A stretch of DNA of 64,000 nt from Alloascoidea hylecoeti. Its lineage: Eukaryota. Each line of letters starts with the position of its first letter. Position 1 is the stretch's first letter. Where the stretch lies: NCBI GenBank assembly GCA_001600815.1, contig BCKZ01000004.1:1143566-1207565 (forward strand), read 5' to 3'. This document shows, piece after piece, positions 35,465 through 47,615 of this stretch. Made by a program: the position numbers and the translations under genes. Below the pieces are notes generated by a model. It searched no databases and was not told the origin of the DNA. It was given only the letters and a program-made list of their open reading frames with translations.

Positions 35465-38400
35465 ATGCCAAACAGACTTTCGCTGTACAGTATAGAATCG
35501 TCAGCAACCTCGCTGACCCTCAGTGGGGCCCCGGATTTCGGCTATTCAGACGTTGAGGAGAAAACACTCTACGAGTACCTCCTAAGAGTAGCAATATTAT
35601 CTTACAGAACAGAACCTCGTTTCCGGGTCCCAATCAAAACATCTGAGCCTGTCAAGGGCGAAAAATTGGAGAGAATCTCCTCCTCTTCAAGCACAAAAAG
35701 CAATAAAGCAATCAACAGAGCTTCAAGGGCCTCTCTCAATCCATCTACGAGATCTTCCATCAGTAGACCTCGGTCAATGTACATTGATTTGCTGGCATCA
35801 TCAAAGGAAATGTTTGGTAATGATCCAAATAATAAAGAAGTTGAAATCGCAAAATTACCAAAGTCTCTATTGAAAGTAATCAAACCACGTTTTAATGCTG
35901 TTTTAATGAATAAAGATAAATATGTTACTGATCCATTAACAAGAAGAAGTTTCTTATTTTTTTACAATGAGTTATTAAGCCCTTCAATGCAACAAAGGTT
36001 TACAAATGTTGAATCAAGACCTTCCCCCGAAGAAGTAGTGATGATTTTTATAAAAGGTGCCAATAAAGAATTAAACAAATCCGGTGATGAAATTACTGAT
36101 ATATCAACTATTGTTCATCAACAGGCTTATACCTTTGTTGAATTTTTAATTGACGTTATTACAACTGAATATGAAAAAAGAGATGCTTTAATTACAAGAT
36201 TAAGAAACTATCAAAAAACTTTACCTGGAAGTGAAGGTATCGAAGATGAAGATTCTTTAAATACATCAAATAGTAATGAAAATGGAAATGGTTTACTTAA
36301 AACTCCAACAAATTCATCTTTTAAACCATCATTATCATCACCACCACCAAATATACAATTGAAATATCCAACTCCTTCATTCCTTATATCTGATATGAAA
36401 TTTGCCCAAATATTAGGATTAATATTTAATATATCAGATGATACATTACAAAATGATGTAAATCGTGTTAAAAATTATGCAACTGAAACAAAAGCTGAAA
36501 AAGATATTAAATTTTTATTAGATGATTTAAAAAATGATAAATGTGATATATTATGGACACCAAAAGATTTTCAAGATGATGAAACCTATAAAAATTGGAA
36601 AAAAAAAGAAGAAGAAAGTTTAAAATCTTTAATTGAAAAAATTAAATGTTTAACATCATCATCAGGAATAAACGAAGAAGATGAAATAGGAAATGGAATT
36701 GATAATGATAATGATAATGCTAATGAAGAAGAATCTTTTTTTTATCTACCTTCAAAACCGAAAGAATATTTTAGTAGTTTATTAGTAAAATGTTTAAAAA
36801 TGGATTTTCAAAGGGAACAAGAAGAAAATGATGGTATTGAATTATTATTATCAAAACCTTCTTTGGATATAATGAATGAATGCTCAAAATATTGGAGAAT
36901 TGATTATGTGAGTAGAGCAACTTCTTTACTGGATGCTGCTGATAAATCTGTTCTTGCAATAAATAGTTCTTCTTCAAATGAAAATGAAGATGAAGACGAA
37001 GATCAAGATGATTATTTGGATTTACAAAGAATGCAAGATGTTTTCAATCTATCAAGAAGAATTGTAATTGATCAAGGAAAATTAAAATGGGATATTAACC
37101 AATGGCCAAAGGCAGATTATGAACTATATGGTAGTTTTTTATTAAAATGTTATATTAGAATAATGGAAGAGATTAGAAAATATTTATTTCAAGTATACAA
37201 TTCTACAAAGCCAAAATTTGGTCCATTATTATCAATATTAGGTGAATATATTGAATCTGATGAAATGTTTTCAGTAATTGAAAAAGTTGCAAATAAAAAA
37301 AAAATATTTAAAAAATTTCAAAAAACTTTAAAAAAAGCAGCTGAATTAAAATATGATGAAATGATTCAACTTATACCAAGAGATGATTCAATTAATTCAC
37401 TTAATATTATTCAAATGGGTGAATCAATTGTATCTGAAACTCAAAAATTAACAAAAAGATACCCAAGACCTTTATTAGGTGAAATATCAGTTGCAAAAAC
37501 TTCAATTCAAACACATTCAATGTTATTTGCTGCTGATTCTCAAGCAATGTTAATTCATATGATTAATAGTTTAAAAACAAAAAATCAATCTTTAAATATT
37601 GATGAAGCGATTGCTTTATATAATACAATTTATAAAATTAGAGATTTACACATGCAAGTTACTAATAATAAACCTTTTGGTTTTAATTTAGAAAATTTCT
37701 TTTATCCTTATATTTATGAATTTACTGAATATTCAATTGAAAAAACAAAACAATTTATTGAAGAAAGTTTAAACAAGGATACTTTTACACCTTTGGATAT
37801 TGATCAAAATGTAATGTATAGTTCTTCAGTTTTAGACATATTCACAGCTATCAGACAAACAATTAAAATTGTTAATGATTTAGATTGGGAAAATGAGTAT
37901 CAACAAGGAAAATTTTATACTAATATAATACAAGGAGTTTCTGATGGTATTACGATTTATGCTCAATCTTTAATGGATGGTTTAAGTAGTGATTTAGGTG
38001 GTAATACTAAAAAACATAATTTTAAATCAAGACAAGATAAATGGATTGCTGGTGTTAAAACTGTCGTTAATGGTAAAGAAAAAGAAGTTCCTGAAGCTTA
38101 TGAATTTAAAACTGAAACATGTGTTAGATTAAATGATATTTCACATACTTTGGCTCAATTGGATAAATTAGAAGAAACTTTAGATCCTTCTTCGTTATCA
38201 AGTATTATTGATGCTAAAGAAAGAGGTCAAAAATCCAAATCAAGTTTTATATTTAATTTAAAAATTGTTAAAGCTGAAGATTTAAAAGCTTGTGATATGA
38301 ATGGTTTAAGTGATCCATACGTTAGGATTATTGATACTACTACTTCAAAACAAATTGGTAAAACTAGAACAATTTATGAAGATCTAAATCCTGAATGGGA

Positions 38401-39568
38401 TGAAACTTTTGAAATACCTTGTACTAGTTCTATAGTATTAACTGCTACTGTCTGGGATGAAGATTCTCTTGGAACTCATGATATTTGTGGTAGAACATTA
38501 ATTAGATTAGATCCTGTTGCTTTTAGAGATGGTGTACCAAAAGATATTTGGCTGGATTTAGATACACAAGGTCGACTGCTGGCAACCATTACAATGGAAA
38601 GTGAAAAACATGATATTCAATTTTATTTCGGTAGAGCTTTTAGAAACTTAATAAGAACTGAAGATCGAATGATTATGGCAATGGTTAATAAATTTTCATC
38701 ATTCATACAATATGCCCTATCTCTTGAATTTGTTAAATCTGTTTCTGATGGTAATGCAACAAATATGGAAAAAGTTTCAAGATGGTTCAATACAAATGTG
38801 GGTAATACTACATTACAAAAACCAAGAGTATCAGAACAAGAAATGAAAGATGCAATTATACCATTATTTGATTATCTTAATGCAAATTTTAGTATTTTGG
38901 CACAATATTTAACACATGAACTTTTAATTAAAGTAATGGCAAGATCATGGGATTATGTTACAAAAGCAATTGATTCTTTATTATTACCACCATTAACTAA
39001 GAAAAAATCTCAACAGAAACCCTTAACTTCATTAGAATTAGAAATTGTATTTGTATGGCTAAAATCATTATGTGATGATTTTTTTTATAATGGTGGTGAA
39101 GGTCCACCATTAGAAACTTTAAGAAATAATAAATATCAAGAATTAATGGTTATACCTGTTTATTATGATGAAAGTTCAGATGTTTTAAAACAAGAAATTG
39201 AAAGATTACAATTACAAAATGAAATGTTGGAACAAAAACAAGCAGCTGAATTAAGAGAAAAAGCTAAAAGTTCAACTTTAAATTCAAATTCTTTATTACA
39301 AGTTAATAAAATTGATCAATTAATTACAAGGAAAAATACAGTTATGGCTCATCGAAATAGGAAAATTTTAGCAAAACAAGAACAAGAGATTATTGATGTT
39401 CAAAAATTAATGCCACACACTGAAGATATCCTTTTAAGGATTTTATTATTAAGAAATGAAAATGATTATGTTTTTAATCAATTGGATATTAGAGAAAGGA
39501 AAGCACATAGAATAGCTACTGAGGAAATAGTTAGGGCTGCTGCAAGAGGACCACTGCGGAGAAAATGA
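35465..39568 (+). CDS. C2-domain / Munc13-homology (MUN) protein, YOR296W/Ync13-like
   Basis: N-terminal YEYLLRVAILSY..EPRF, a C2 domain (IVKAEDLKACDMNGLSDPYV...KTRTIYEDLNPEWDETFEI...VWDED) and MHD2-like PLFDYLNANF...FFYNGGEG. Confidence 0.85.
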   Translation: MPNRLSLYSIESSATSLTLSGAPDFGYSDVEEKTLYEYLLRVAILSYRTEPRFRVPIKTSEPVKGEKLERISSSSSTKSNKAINRASRASLNPSTRSSISRPRSMYIDLLASSKEMFGNDPNNKEVEIAKLPKSLLKVIKPRFNAVLMNKDKYVTDPLTRRSFLFFYNELLSPSMQQRFTNVESRPSPEEVVMIFIKGANKELNKSGDEITDISTIVHQQAYTFVEFLIDVITTEYEKRDALITRLRNYQKTLPGSEGIEDEDSLNTSNSNENGNGLLKTPTNSSFKPSLSSPPPNIQLKYPTPSFLISDMKFAQILGLIFNISDDTLQNDVNRVKNYATETKAEKDIKFLLDDLKNDKCDILWTPKDFQDDETYKNWKKKEEESLKSLIEKIKCLTSSSGINEEDEIGNGIDNDNDNANEEESFFYLPSKPKEYFSSLLVKCLKMDFQREQEENDGIELLLSKPSLDIMNECSKYWRIDYVSRATSLLDAADKSVLAINSSSSNENEDEDEDQDDYLDLQRMQDVFNLSRRIVIDQGKLKWDINQWPKADYELYGSFLLKCYIRIMEEIRKYLFQVYNSTKPKFGPLLSILGEYIESDEMFSVIEKVANKKKIFKKFQKTLKKAAELKYDEMIQLIPRDDSINSLNIIQMGESIVSETQKLTKRYPRPLLGEISVAKTSIQTHSMLFAADSQAMLIHMINSLKTKNQSLNIDEAIALYNTIYKIRDLHMQVTNNKPFGFNLENFFYPYIYEFTEYSIEKTKQFIEESLNKDTFTPLDIDQNVMYSSSVLDIFTAIRQTIKIVNDLDWENEYQQGKFYTNIIQGVSDGITIYAQSLMDGLSSDLGGNTKKHNFKSRQDKWIAGVKTVVNGKEKEVPEAYEFKTETCVRLNDISHTLAQLDKLEETLDPSSLSSIIDAKERGQKSKSSFIFNLKIVKAEDLKACDMNGLSDPYVRIIDTTTSKQIGKTRTIYEDLNPEWDETFEIPCTSSIVLTATVWDEDSLGTHDICGRTLIRLDPVAFRDGVPKDIWLDLDTQGRLLATITMESEKHDIQFYFGRAFRNLIRTEDRMIMAMVNKFSSFIQYALSLEFVKSVSDGNATNMEKVSRWFNTNVGNTTLQKPRVSEQEMKDAIIPLFDYLNANFSILAQYLTHELLIKVMARSWDYVTKAIDSLLLPPLTKKKSQQKPLTSLELEIVFVWLKSLCDDFFYNGGEGPPLETLRNNKYQELMVIPVYYDESSDVLKQEIERLQLQNEMLEQKQAAELREKAKSSTLNSNSLLQVNKIDQLITRKNTVMAHRNRKILAKQEQEIIDVQKLMPHTEDILLRILLLRNENDYVFNQLDIRERKAHRIATEEIVRAAARGPLRRK

Positions 39569-39949
39569 TTAGTATTACATTTATTATTGATCAATTGGAT
39601 ATATAGTTTTAGAGAAGAAGAAGAAGAAAAAGAGTTTTTTTATTATTATATAAAAGTGTTCATACCATGAATGATCCAGATTTTATCTCATGCTTTTTAA
39701 TATTTTTTGATTTCCTAAATAGCATCTTTAATTTAGCATGTATCGAGACTAATTTTGACCTTATAGCATATTGAATTTTTTGTTAACCTTTTTTTTAAGT
39801 TTGTTTTAACTATAGTTATAAATAGAATAATATTTATAATGGTATAACTATATCATACCTTTTTGATATGAATTTGAATTTGAATAGGAAAAGTTTTCCA
39901 TATTAAATTTAAGTTCACTACAGCATATATTTTAGAATGAGAGAGATTT

Positions 39950-40123
39950 TTTCTTCTAACAAAAACCGTTTACCTGGTTCAGCAGTTCCTTACTCAGTAT
40001 TGTCAATTAAGGACATAATCGTCATTCAAAGGTTAAGTAGGTGGATCCACATATCCCAACTGCCACGATACTCGTCTCTATATTCTTCTTTTTGGGTTAA
40101 ACGCCGTGCAAAATACCCTCTTT
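39950..40123 (+). repeat. Dispersed repeat, inverted copy at ~45644..45812 (52-bp identical core 40072..40123 / 45644..45695)
   Basis: TCGTCTCTATATTCTTCTTTTTGGGTTAAACGCCGTGCAAAATACCCTCTTT occurs on opposite strands at both sites, with diverged similarity over ~120 more bp. Confidence 0.85.
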
Positions 40124-42640
40124 ATATCTTTGCAAGAATTTGAAGTATCAGAGAAATAAAGTGACCATTATCTTCGTGTCATGGTAGAAAATATCAAGGA
40201 GACTATTTTATATTGCACAGGTTCCATAAACCTCTATCTCTAGTTGGATAACACAACCAAACTCAGATATTTCCAAAAAACTGTTCTTCTTCCTCACGAT
40301 CTAAGTGGTGACCTTTTTTAGTGTTGATTGTTTTCGAGTGCGTACCTTCAAGTCGGCCATGAAAGGTAGTTCGGGTACTTTGTGATTTTCTTGGATAACG
40401 ATGCGATTTACTTCAAACTCAAGGGATGGACACCCTAAATCCCCTCTTTGTAAACTTTTTATAAATAGGGTTTAATTTTTTTCTTGGAGTTCTAGGAATT
40501 ATGATGACTGATTGTATCATTTAGGTATAAAGAGATTAAGAAAGAATAAATTTAAAATGTTATATTTCTGGATGCTGATAGACAAAAATTTCCCAAAGTT
40601 ATTCTATGCAAATGCAAACTTATAATTATAACCTTATAAGTAAATATGTAATTTATACCTATTACTTATAGAAGTAATCAAAATATAAGTGTCTTAATTA
40701 TAAGCTTTTGACATAAAAACGGCACATACTTCCATTATGATTTTTATGTTTTGTGAAGTATGAATAATGAAAAAATATAATTAAAAATAAATATGTAAAA
40801 AAAAAAAGTTTTTTTATTATATTATATGATTTTGTTTCTACTTAGTACTCTTTCTAGAGTGTGGATTGCTATTTGTCGTTGTTTGGTTTGTTTGTATTTC
40901 TTTTTTGGATTTTTGTCTTCTTCGCTATCACGTTTTTCTCCCATGGAGACATTTTTGAACAGCAACTCCAGGTATATTAACTCACGGTCTTTTTCTGTGA
41001 CTGCTGAATTTGGTTTTTGACCGATAAATGCGGGAAATTTTTGAGGATTCAATTTTTTACGCTAGTGGGGATTGAACTCGGCTTTTATAGTATTAATTTA
41101 TTAAATGGGTACACGTTACAATTAAACTAAATCCTATATAAGAATAATTTTTATGATTCATTAACACATCTCATAAATTCATAGGTGCTTCAATTCGAAA
41201 TATCAATCCATGAAATTTTCCAAAAATTCAAGCTTAAATTAGGTCGTCTGTCATTAGCCCTTAACTACAAAATTTTGTTGATTATCCTATTACTGCGAAA
41301 TTGTGAACATATAGCTACTTAAAATATAATATATTAGCCCAACTGTTTTCTTGCGTTTGTGGAACCGTGTCAGTTATATAAGTTCCTGGAATTATCAATT
41401 GTAATAAGGACTTGTAATTTAAATGATTAATTATGATTACAAGTTGTTTATTCATATAAACATGCGATCTTAAATATTATATAGGGCCTATAAATGTATA
41501 TAAGCTTATCATGTATGTACTATGTAGTATTATGTACCCCAGACTTTCTAAAGAGATGAGTATGCACTATGCAGTGCTATGCAGAGGATAGGATTTAGAA
41601 ATGGGAGGGATTTTCGTAAAAGGCGATTCCAAAAAAGGGTTAAGAAAACTTAAGACCACTACATGTATTTGGTTTAGGGATTTCACTCTTCCATTAATCG
41701 TGCATATGAAAACACATATTCAGGTTGTGAAATTCAAAATAAAAAACACAGATTTATTAATAATTCGATCTTTAGGGAAATACACGATAAGTTCGATCAA
41801 ATTAAAGCAGAAGTATATATATATATATATGGGATCATGAGGATTATAACCTCCTCTTCTTTATCTATAATTCTTTTTGTTTTTACAGAGAAAGGTATTG
41901 TAACAATATATGAAATTATCTGCCATGGGATATTTCTCATTAAAGATTGTACAGAGCACACACAGGAGGTGAACGAACCCCTTTCTTTTCTTTCCAACCG
42001 TTCTTAGAAAAACCTTAATATTATTGACAACCACGAATATACATCTATTATTTAAGCAATTGCAATATGCCTTTAAAATCTTGAAACTACAATCTTTGTT
42101 TCCGATATGAAATATCTGAAATAATCTTCTTAAAGTTGCCAAAAACTCTACTTAATTGTAGAAGACAATCTAATTCATGAAAATAAAATTTAAACTGAAA
42201 ATGATATATGGAAATTCAAGTTTCAAGATGAAAAATCTTGGAAATACTATAAGAAACTGACTCATCGTTCGAATTATTTAAAAAACGTACGCGTTATCTT
42301 TTAGATCTAAATTGTAAAAATGATAAATTTACAAATGATCATTCTGCCGAAACTAGTTGTGTTTTTTATTTTAAAAAAACTAGTTCTAGTTGGTGAGGAA
42401 GATTGTATAAATACGAATTTGAGATAATGAAACTTTCCATCGTTTAAGCTGGAGTATTAGGTAAACCAAACTATGATACAATGGACGACTTTTCAATAAT
42501 ACAATCGCTGAATTTAATAAAAAAGAACGGTGCCATATTTTAATTCAGTGATATTGTAAGTTTGAACATTACTGCTAAATATCTAGTTCAGACGATGGTT
42601 TAAGTATAATTTGGAAATACCATATTTTAACCCAATAGAT

Positions 42641-43168
42641 CCCCTGCTAATACCACCACCTGCTTCAAGGGCACCCCCACCTCTCCTAAATCATATACAT
42701 GTTTCATTAATCTGCTAATAATTTTTTGTTTCATTCTGTGAGTAGGTATACTTATAAATCACCAATATATTTTAAACAATTAATTTTTAAACACTTTAAC
42801 CCATGCTCAGATATAACTATTTATCTTTTTCAATAACCAATATGTTAATCAGAGTTAAAAATCAACATAACTTTTAAAATAATAATTAAAGTTAAAAGAG
42901 AAGTAAGTAGATCATTATTAATATTTGAGTATGAATAAAATAATGGTTTTGATCTTGACTGTCATATCTTTTAGTTTCACTTGATAAATCATTAAAAGAA
43001 ATGCTCTACCTTTACATAAATAAAATGTATTAATAAGGGTTTAGGGTTATATAATTAATTAGAATAAAAATCTTGATATGTAGAAGATTTATATTGTAAT
43101 ATCATTTAAATTATACTTCTTGTAGCCCATCACTATGAGTAGTTGTGTCTCCCACCGAGTAATTAACA
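42641..43168 (+). repeat. Segmental duplication copy A (relic of the KH-gene 3' end plus downstream spacer); matches ~55420..56003
   Basis: Long near-identical blocks such as TATGAATAAAATAATGGTTTTGATCTTGACTGTCATATCTTTTAGTTTCACTTGATAAATCA occur in both copies. It begins with a decayed version of the PPPASRPPPP-coding tail. Confidence 0.9.
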
Positions 43169-43769
43169 CCATGACAAATATTGTATGCATAAAAAGGAAA
43201 TTGTAATTGTAACTGAAGCTACCAATAATTAGATTTTAGACTCTTGTTTTATTGAAGCTAAATTCCAAATAGAGTTGGTTGAATACAATTTTAACATTTT
43301 CACTGGGCCTATCGTTATCGTATTCATTCAATTGCATTTTAATGATATATTTTTTATTCAAGCAAATCTTTGTCAACATAAAGATTTTTTCAAATACCCA
43401 CAAGAACAATAAATTAGTCCACATTTCAAACTTTTGGTTTTATTGCGAAGTTATAATCGCAACACATGATAAAGGGTGAATCCCGAGGGAAAAAAAAATA
43501 TTTTTATCGATAACCAATTCTAAAATATTGAATTACATACACCAGTGTTATACATTTAAATACATAATTTTTGAAATATAAAATAAATAATTAAATATAA
43601 AAGGAATAAATCAAAATAATATTAAATTCGTATCAGAAAACAAACTCTTAAGATTATTGTGATGCAACAAAAAAAGTAGCTGTTTAATAATTTGATTCCT
43701 CCTTTAATTTCTCTTCTGATAATGACGTATATTATCATCCTGAAATATCCCTCTAGATAGGGTACCTGA

Positions 43770-45284
43770 CTAAGGATCAAAAGTCTCCATTTCAACGCCC
43801 CCCTCAAGATCTGAATTAAAACCAACATTATTATCTCTATCTTGAATACATTGTGCATGTTGAGGAACAGTAATTGCTGCAAGTGAGTTGTTCAAAATTT
43901 CCGGAATAGGTCTCTCAATTGGAATGTCTACTTTCATCATTTTAAAAGCTGTTTGAACATTAATTGGTTTAATTGGTGATGATTTTCTTTTTTTAATTAT
44001 AAAGTCAATGAAACTAGAAAGTAACAAACATAACAATATGAAAAACATAAGCCATACAGGAATCAAGAGAATCATGACTAGAAAGAGTATATCATCAGAC
44101 TCTCTATTCCAATTGTCTTTTAATAAAATAAAATTATTATGTATCGTCTGAGTTGCTATTACCACTGGTGCAAAACTAAATGAGCTTGAGGTGTAGTCAA
44201 AGACAAGGTAGTACCAATGAGCAGCATATAATCCAATAATAATCCCATGCTCTTCAAAATCATCAAAATCGGATGTTGAACCAATAGGAAGTGCACATAT
44301 ATCATTATAATAAGGATGGACATAAAATGTATTCAAAGGAATTTCTATTTGTTTCTTGACAAATCTAGTTTCACCTTGAAAATGTAAAATGAAAGAGCCA
44401 GGCATTGACCGAGCTTTTTCACAATCAACAATATATTCTCCATTTTTATCCGGTGTATTCAATTCATATGAACTAAGTATAACATTCAGAATATAGTCCG
44501 GAAAATAAAAATAATTTGTATCTCTAAAACTCATTCCTCTTCCCGATATATTAGTTTCATAATATTGATCATTTGTTTGTAAGGTAAAAAGAGAAACCGG
44601 AATTATCAATTGATTTGTTGAATTATCTTGTGTGAAATAAGTAAAAGAAAATTCTTTTGTTTTATTTTTCTTTACAAGACTTCGATATATACCTCCAAAT
44701 GTTATTGTTCCTGTGAAATCATCATCCCCTAGCCATATAGCAACACTATTGAATTTAGATTTTCCTTTTTGAAATAAACTTTCCGAAAATGTGACTTCAT
44801 TGTCTACATCACTGTTAGGTGGTGCAATAGATAAAGTAGATGTTGAAATATTTCCTGATGACACCACGTTGAAATTATTTGGCCATTCTAGCCCACCAAT
44901 TGATATATTATCTGAGGCCTTATAATAGGCCACACTCTCATCGTTAGTTATCTTATTATAAACACCTTCATTATGTTGCACGGTCCCTGTAGTTGAGTTA
45001 TCAAGGTTGTAGCTAGTACAGTACAAATTCTTATCAATTTGTGTTGTTTCATTTTGATAATTGGATTCACAGATTGATGAATTTCCAATGAAAAAAGTTG
45101 AAGAAGACTCAAAAGTCAAAGAAGTATATATTGTTTGACTTGGTGTTCCAACATTTATTGGGAATAAAACAGGATCCACTTTTCTATGTGATAATTTCAT
45201 TCCTAAACCAGAAGACATTAAAGATAGTATAATTAGGAGTCTTAAAAACAACCTCATACTCAAACTTTTAATCATTAGCCCCAT
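43770..45284 (-). CDS. Pepsin-fold (A1/yapsin-like) type I membrane protein lacking both DTG/DSG catalytic motifs
   Basis: Signal peptide; INVGTPSQ, DNISIGG, AIWL...GTITFGG, YIVDC, IEIPL, CALPI and IIIG...YLVFD...FAP fold motifs; a long C-terminal TM helix followed by KKRK and a cytosolic tail. Confidence 0.8.
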   Translation of the reverse strand: MGLMIKSLSMRLFLRLLIILSLMSSGLGMKLSHRKVDPVLFPINVGTPSQTIYTSLTFESSSTFFIGNSSICESNYQNETTQIDKNLYCTSYNLDNSTTGTVQHNEGVYNKITNDESVAYYKASDNISIGGLEWPNNFNVVSSGNISTSTLSIAPPNSDVDNEVTFSESLFQKGKSKFNSVAIWLGDDDFTGTITFGGIYRSLVKKNKTKEFSFTYFTQDNSTNQLIIPVSLFTLQTNDQYYETNISGRGMSFRDTNYFYFPDYILNVILSSYELNTPDKNGEYIVDCEKARSMPGSFILHFQGETRFVKKQIEIPLNTFYVHPYYNDICALPIGSTSDFDDFEEHGIIIGLYAAHWYYLVFDYTSSSFSFAPVVIATQTIHNNFILLKDNWNRESDDILFLVMILLIPVWLMFFILLCLLLSSFIDFIIKKRKSSPIKPINVQTAFKMMKVDIPIERPIPEILNNSLAAITVPQHAQCIQDRDNNVGFNSDLEGGVEMETFDP

Positions 45285-46823
45285 ATGTATGTATTATTGT
45301 AATTATTAAATGAAGTGGAAGGTAGAGAAATATTATTTTTTGAAATTAATATAATAAAAAAAATTTTCAGCAACAAACAGGTTTTTTAAAATAATATGGG
45401 GATGTTTTAAAATTTACCACTTTTAGAAGGTATATATTGTGAGAATAACCTAAACTAAAAATATGCATAATACCAACTTAGGATTAGACTTGTAGTAGCT
45501 TAAACCTTTATTAGTATTAATGATTTCCTCTCTAAAACAAGTTCTCTCTTATGAGACCTTACAGTCACTATTATTTGTATATAAAATATACTGTATATGA
45601 AAATGAATCCGGAAAAATTTTGGTGAGGTGCATACTGTGAAGAAAAGAGGGTATTTTGCACGGCGTTTAACCCAAAAAGAAGAATATAGAGACGAATATT
45701 GTGAGAGTTGAGATATGTGACTAGTTGGTTTACCTTTGAATCCAAATGTCCTTAATTTAATGCAGAATGAACTAGCGGAGCAGGTAAACATTTTTTGTTG
45801 GAAGAAGAAATCCCCATTATTATTGACATGAACATGAAGCATATATTATACTCTTAAACATTAGTAATATTAAGGATTTTTGCACAATTAAAAAGCTATA
45901 GCTACACATAAGACCAAAAAATTAAATATGCAATTGCAAGTCCCTCAAATATAGATATAGTATAATTATAAGATACCCTAGACTTTTCTAAAGAGATGAG
46001 TATATATGCATAGTAGGCGCTAAGTACCATAGTCACTTATTTGAAGTATATGTCAATATATTCGTTTGTATCTTGATCTGTAGTTTAGTTTATTTAATGT
46101 AAAACTATAAACACCTCCTAATCCACCATTAGAATCTAAGATTTTTACCAAATTATGAATTTGAAGTTTCGTAAGACTAAACCCGGATGAAAGCATACAT
46201 AACTTCCGGGATATACTGCTAGCTTTGATGGAAGGGCTTGCGTTTAAATAAGGACCAGCACATTTTGGATAGAAAGTTCAGTGTATCAAGTATTTGGTCC
46301 ATAATTATAATTTATAAGTGAAATATTTAATTGAACAACAAGTTATCCCTGCATCTGAGAACAAAGAAGAGTGGTGATTGTATTGATTGGAGAGAGTTCT
46401 ACATTTTTGGTCAAACTATTGATCATTGTGTTTTTGACCCCTCTTGATCAGAACCATTCCTAATAGAGATTGTATTTCCATTATCATTCCATACACTCTT
46501 TTCTATTCAATTTCACAATAGCACATACCTACCAGGTGTATGTAACTATAATAATTAATCAGGACTATTATAAATCATTATTATGTAAATAGAGATACAA
46601 ATTACTTAGAAAATTAGATAACAATAACAATAACAATAATAATAATTTAAAGCAAATGTTATTATAAATAAACTGATAATAATTATAATCCATATCTCTA
46701 TCATTCATCACTCATGATTATCTTCTATTATAGTTATTAAGTCAAAACAATACAAAACAGACCAAAACAAGCGTGGGACATTTAAATAAATATTTAATTG
46801 ATTCAAAATTGATTAGAATCAAT

Positions 46824-47486
46824 TTACATTGCAAGAGATTCTTGTAATTTCCGTAACTCTTCTTCTTCTTCTTCATCATCATCATCTTCTTCAACTTTAT
46901 GTGTTGGCAATCTACTCGTTTCGCCAACAGATGGTAATTGAGAAGCAGGAATATGACCAACACTAACCATTTTTTCATCTATCGCTTCTTGCTCCATTGC
47001 ATTTAGTTCATCTTCTAGGTCTGAATCATCAATCAAATCATTACCTAATGGTCTTGATATAGCATCAGAAATTTCTTCACTTAGTGCCACTTGTTCACGG
47101 ATATCATCCATGGTTTGATCTACTTTATCTATATTCATATTGCCATGCATTTCTTTAAGTGCTTTTGAACCTTCTTTCATAGCTTTAACGGTGGCGAAAT
47201 TCAAACTAGCATTTTCAATGGCATTAAGTTGTTGTTCCAGAGAAGTTATTTGATCTTGATGTTTTTCTAATTGTCCTTCTAAAATTTTTTTCTTCTTTAA
47301 TGCTTGTTTTGCAACTGGTTTATTTTTAGTGATATTTGCCCTTGCTTTTGAATCCAAGTTTACTATCTCATTTTCTAAATGCTTTTGCTTTTTGTTAAGA
47401 AGTTCAATATGAGATCGAAGATTAACAATAGATACTTTTGCTGTGTCTATTTTGGAAGCTTTCCCTCCAAACCAACTGTTCCACAT
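46824..47486 (-). CDS. SNF7: ESCRT-III subunit Snf7/Vps32
   Basis: AKQALKKKK, AIENASLN, IDKVDQTMDDIREQ, EEISDAISRP and an acidic C-terminal MIM-like tail. Confidence 0.95.
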   Translation of the reverse strand: MWNSWFGGKASKIDTAKVSIVNLRSHIELLNKKQKHLENEIVNLDSKARANITKNKPVAKQALKKKKILEGQLEKHQDQITSLEQQLNAIENASLNFATVKAMKEGSKALKEMHGNMNIDKVDQTMDDIREQVALSEEISDAISRPLGNDLIDDSDLEDELNAMEQEAIDEKMVSVGHIPASQLPSVGETSRLPTHKVEEDDDDEEEEEELRKLQESLAM

Positions 47487-47615
47487 AGTTGTTATCGATC
47501 GTTTTTGTGTATAAAAATTATTATCGTAAATGGCTTAATATATGGGTTACCTCCGTACACCCACACCAAATGAAATAAATTTCTCTTTTTTGATCAAACA
47601 ATATTTATACAAAAA

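Noticed and set aside
40200..40430. Possible chromodomain relic on the minus strand (LEFEVNRIV...KYL/VWLCYP...LW/EP)
   Set aside because: It needs at least two frameshifts to assemble, which is too weak without an HMM search.
41055..41085. tRNA T-loop/B-box-like GAGTTCAATCCCCAC on the minus strand
   Set aside because: No T-stem pairing, D arm or acceptor stem.
46170..46380. Gag-like peptide LNPDESIHNFRDILLALMEGL
   Set aside because: Short, low-information resemblance interrupted by stops, with no supporting element structure.
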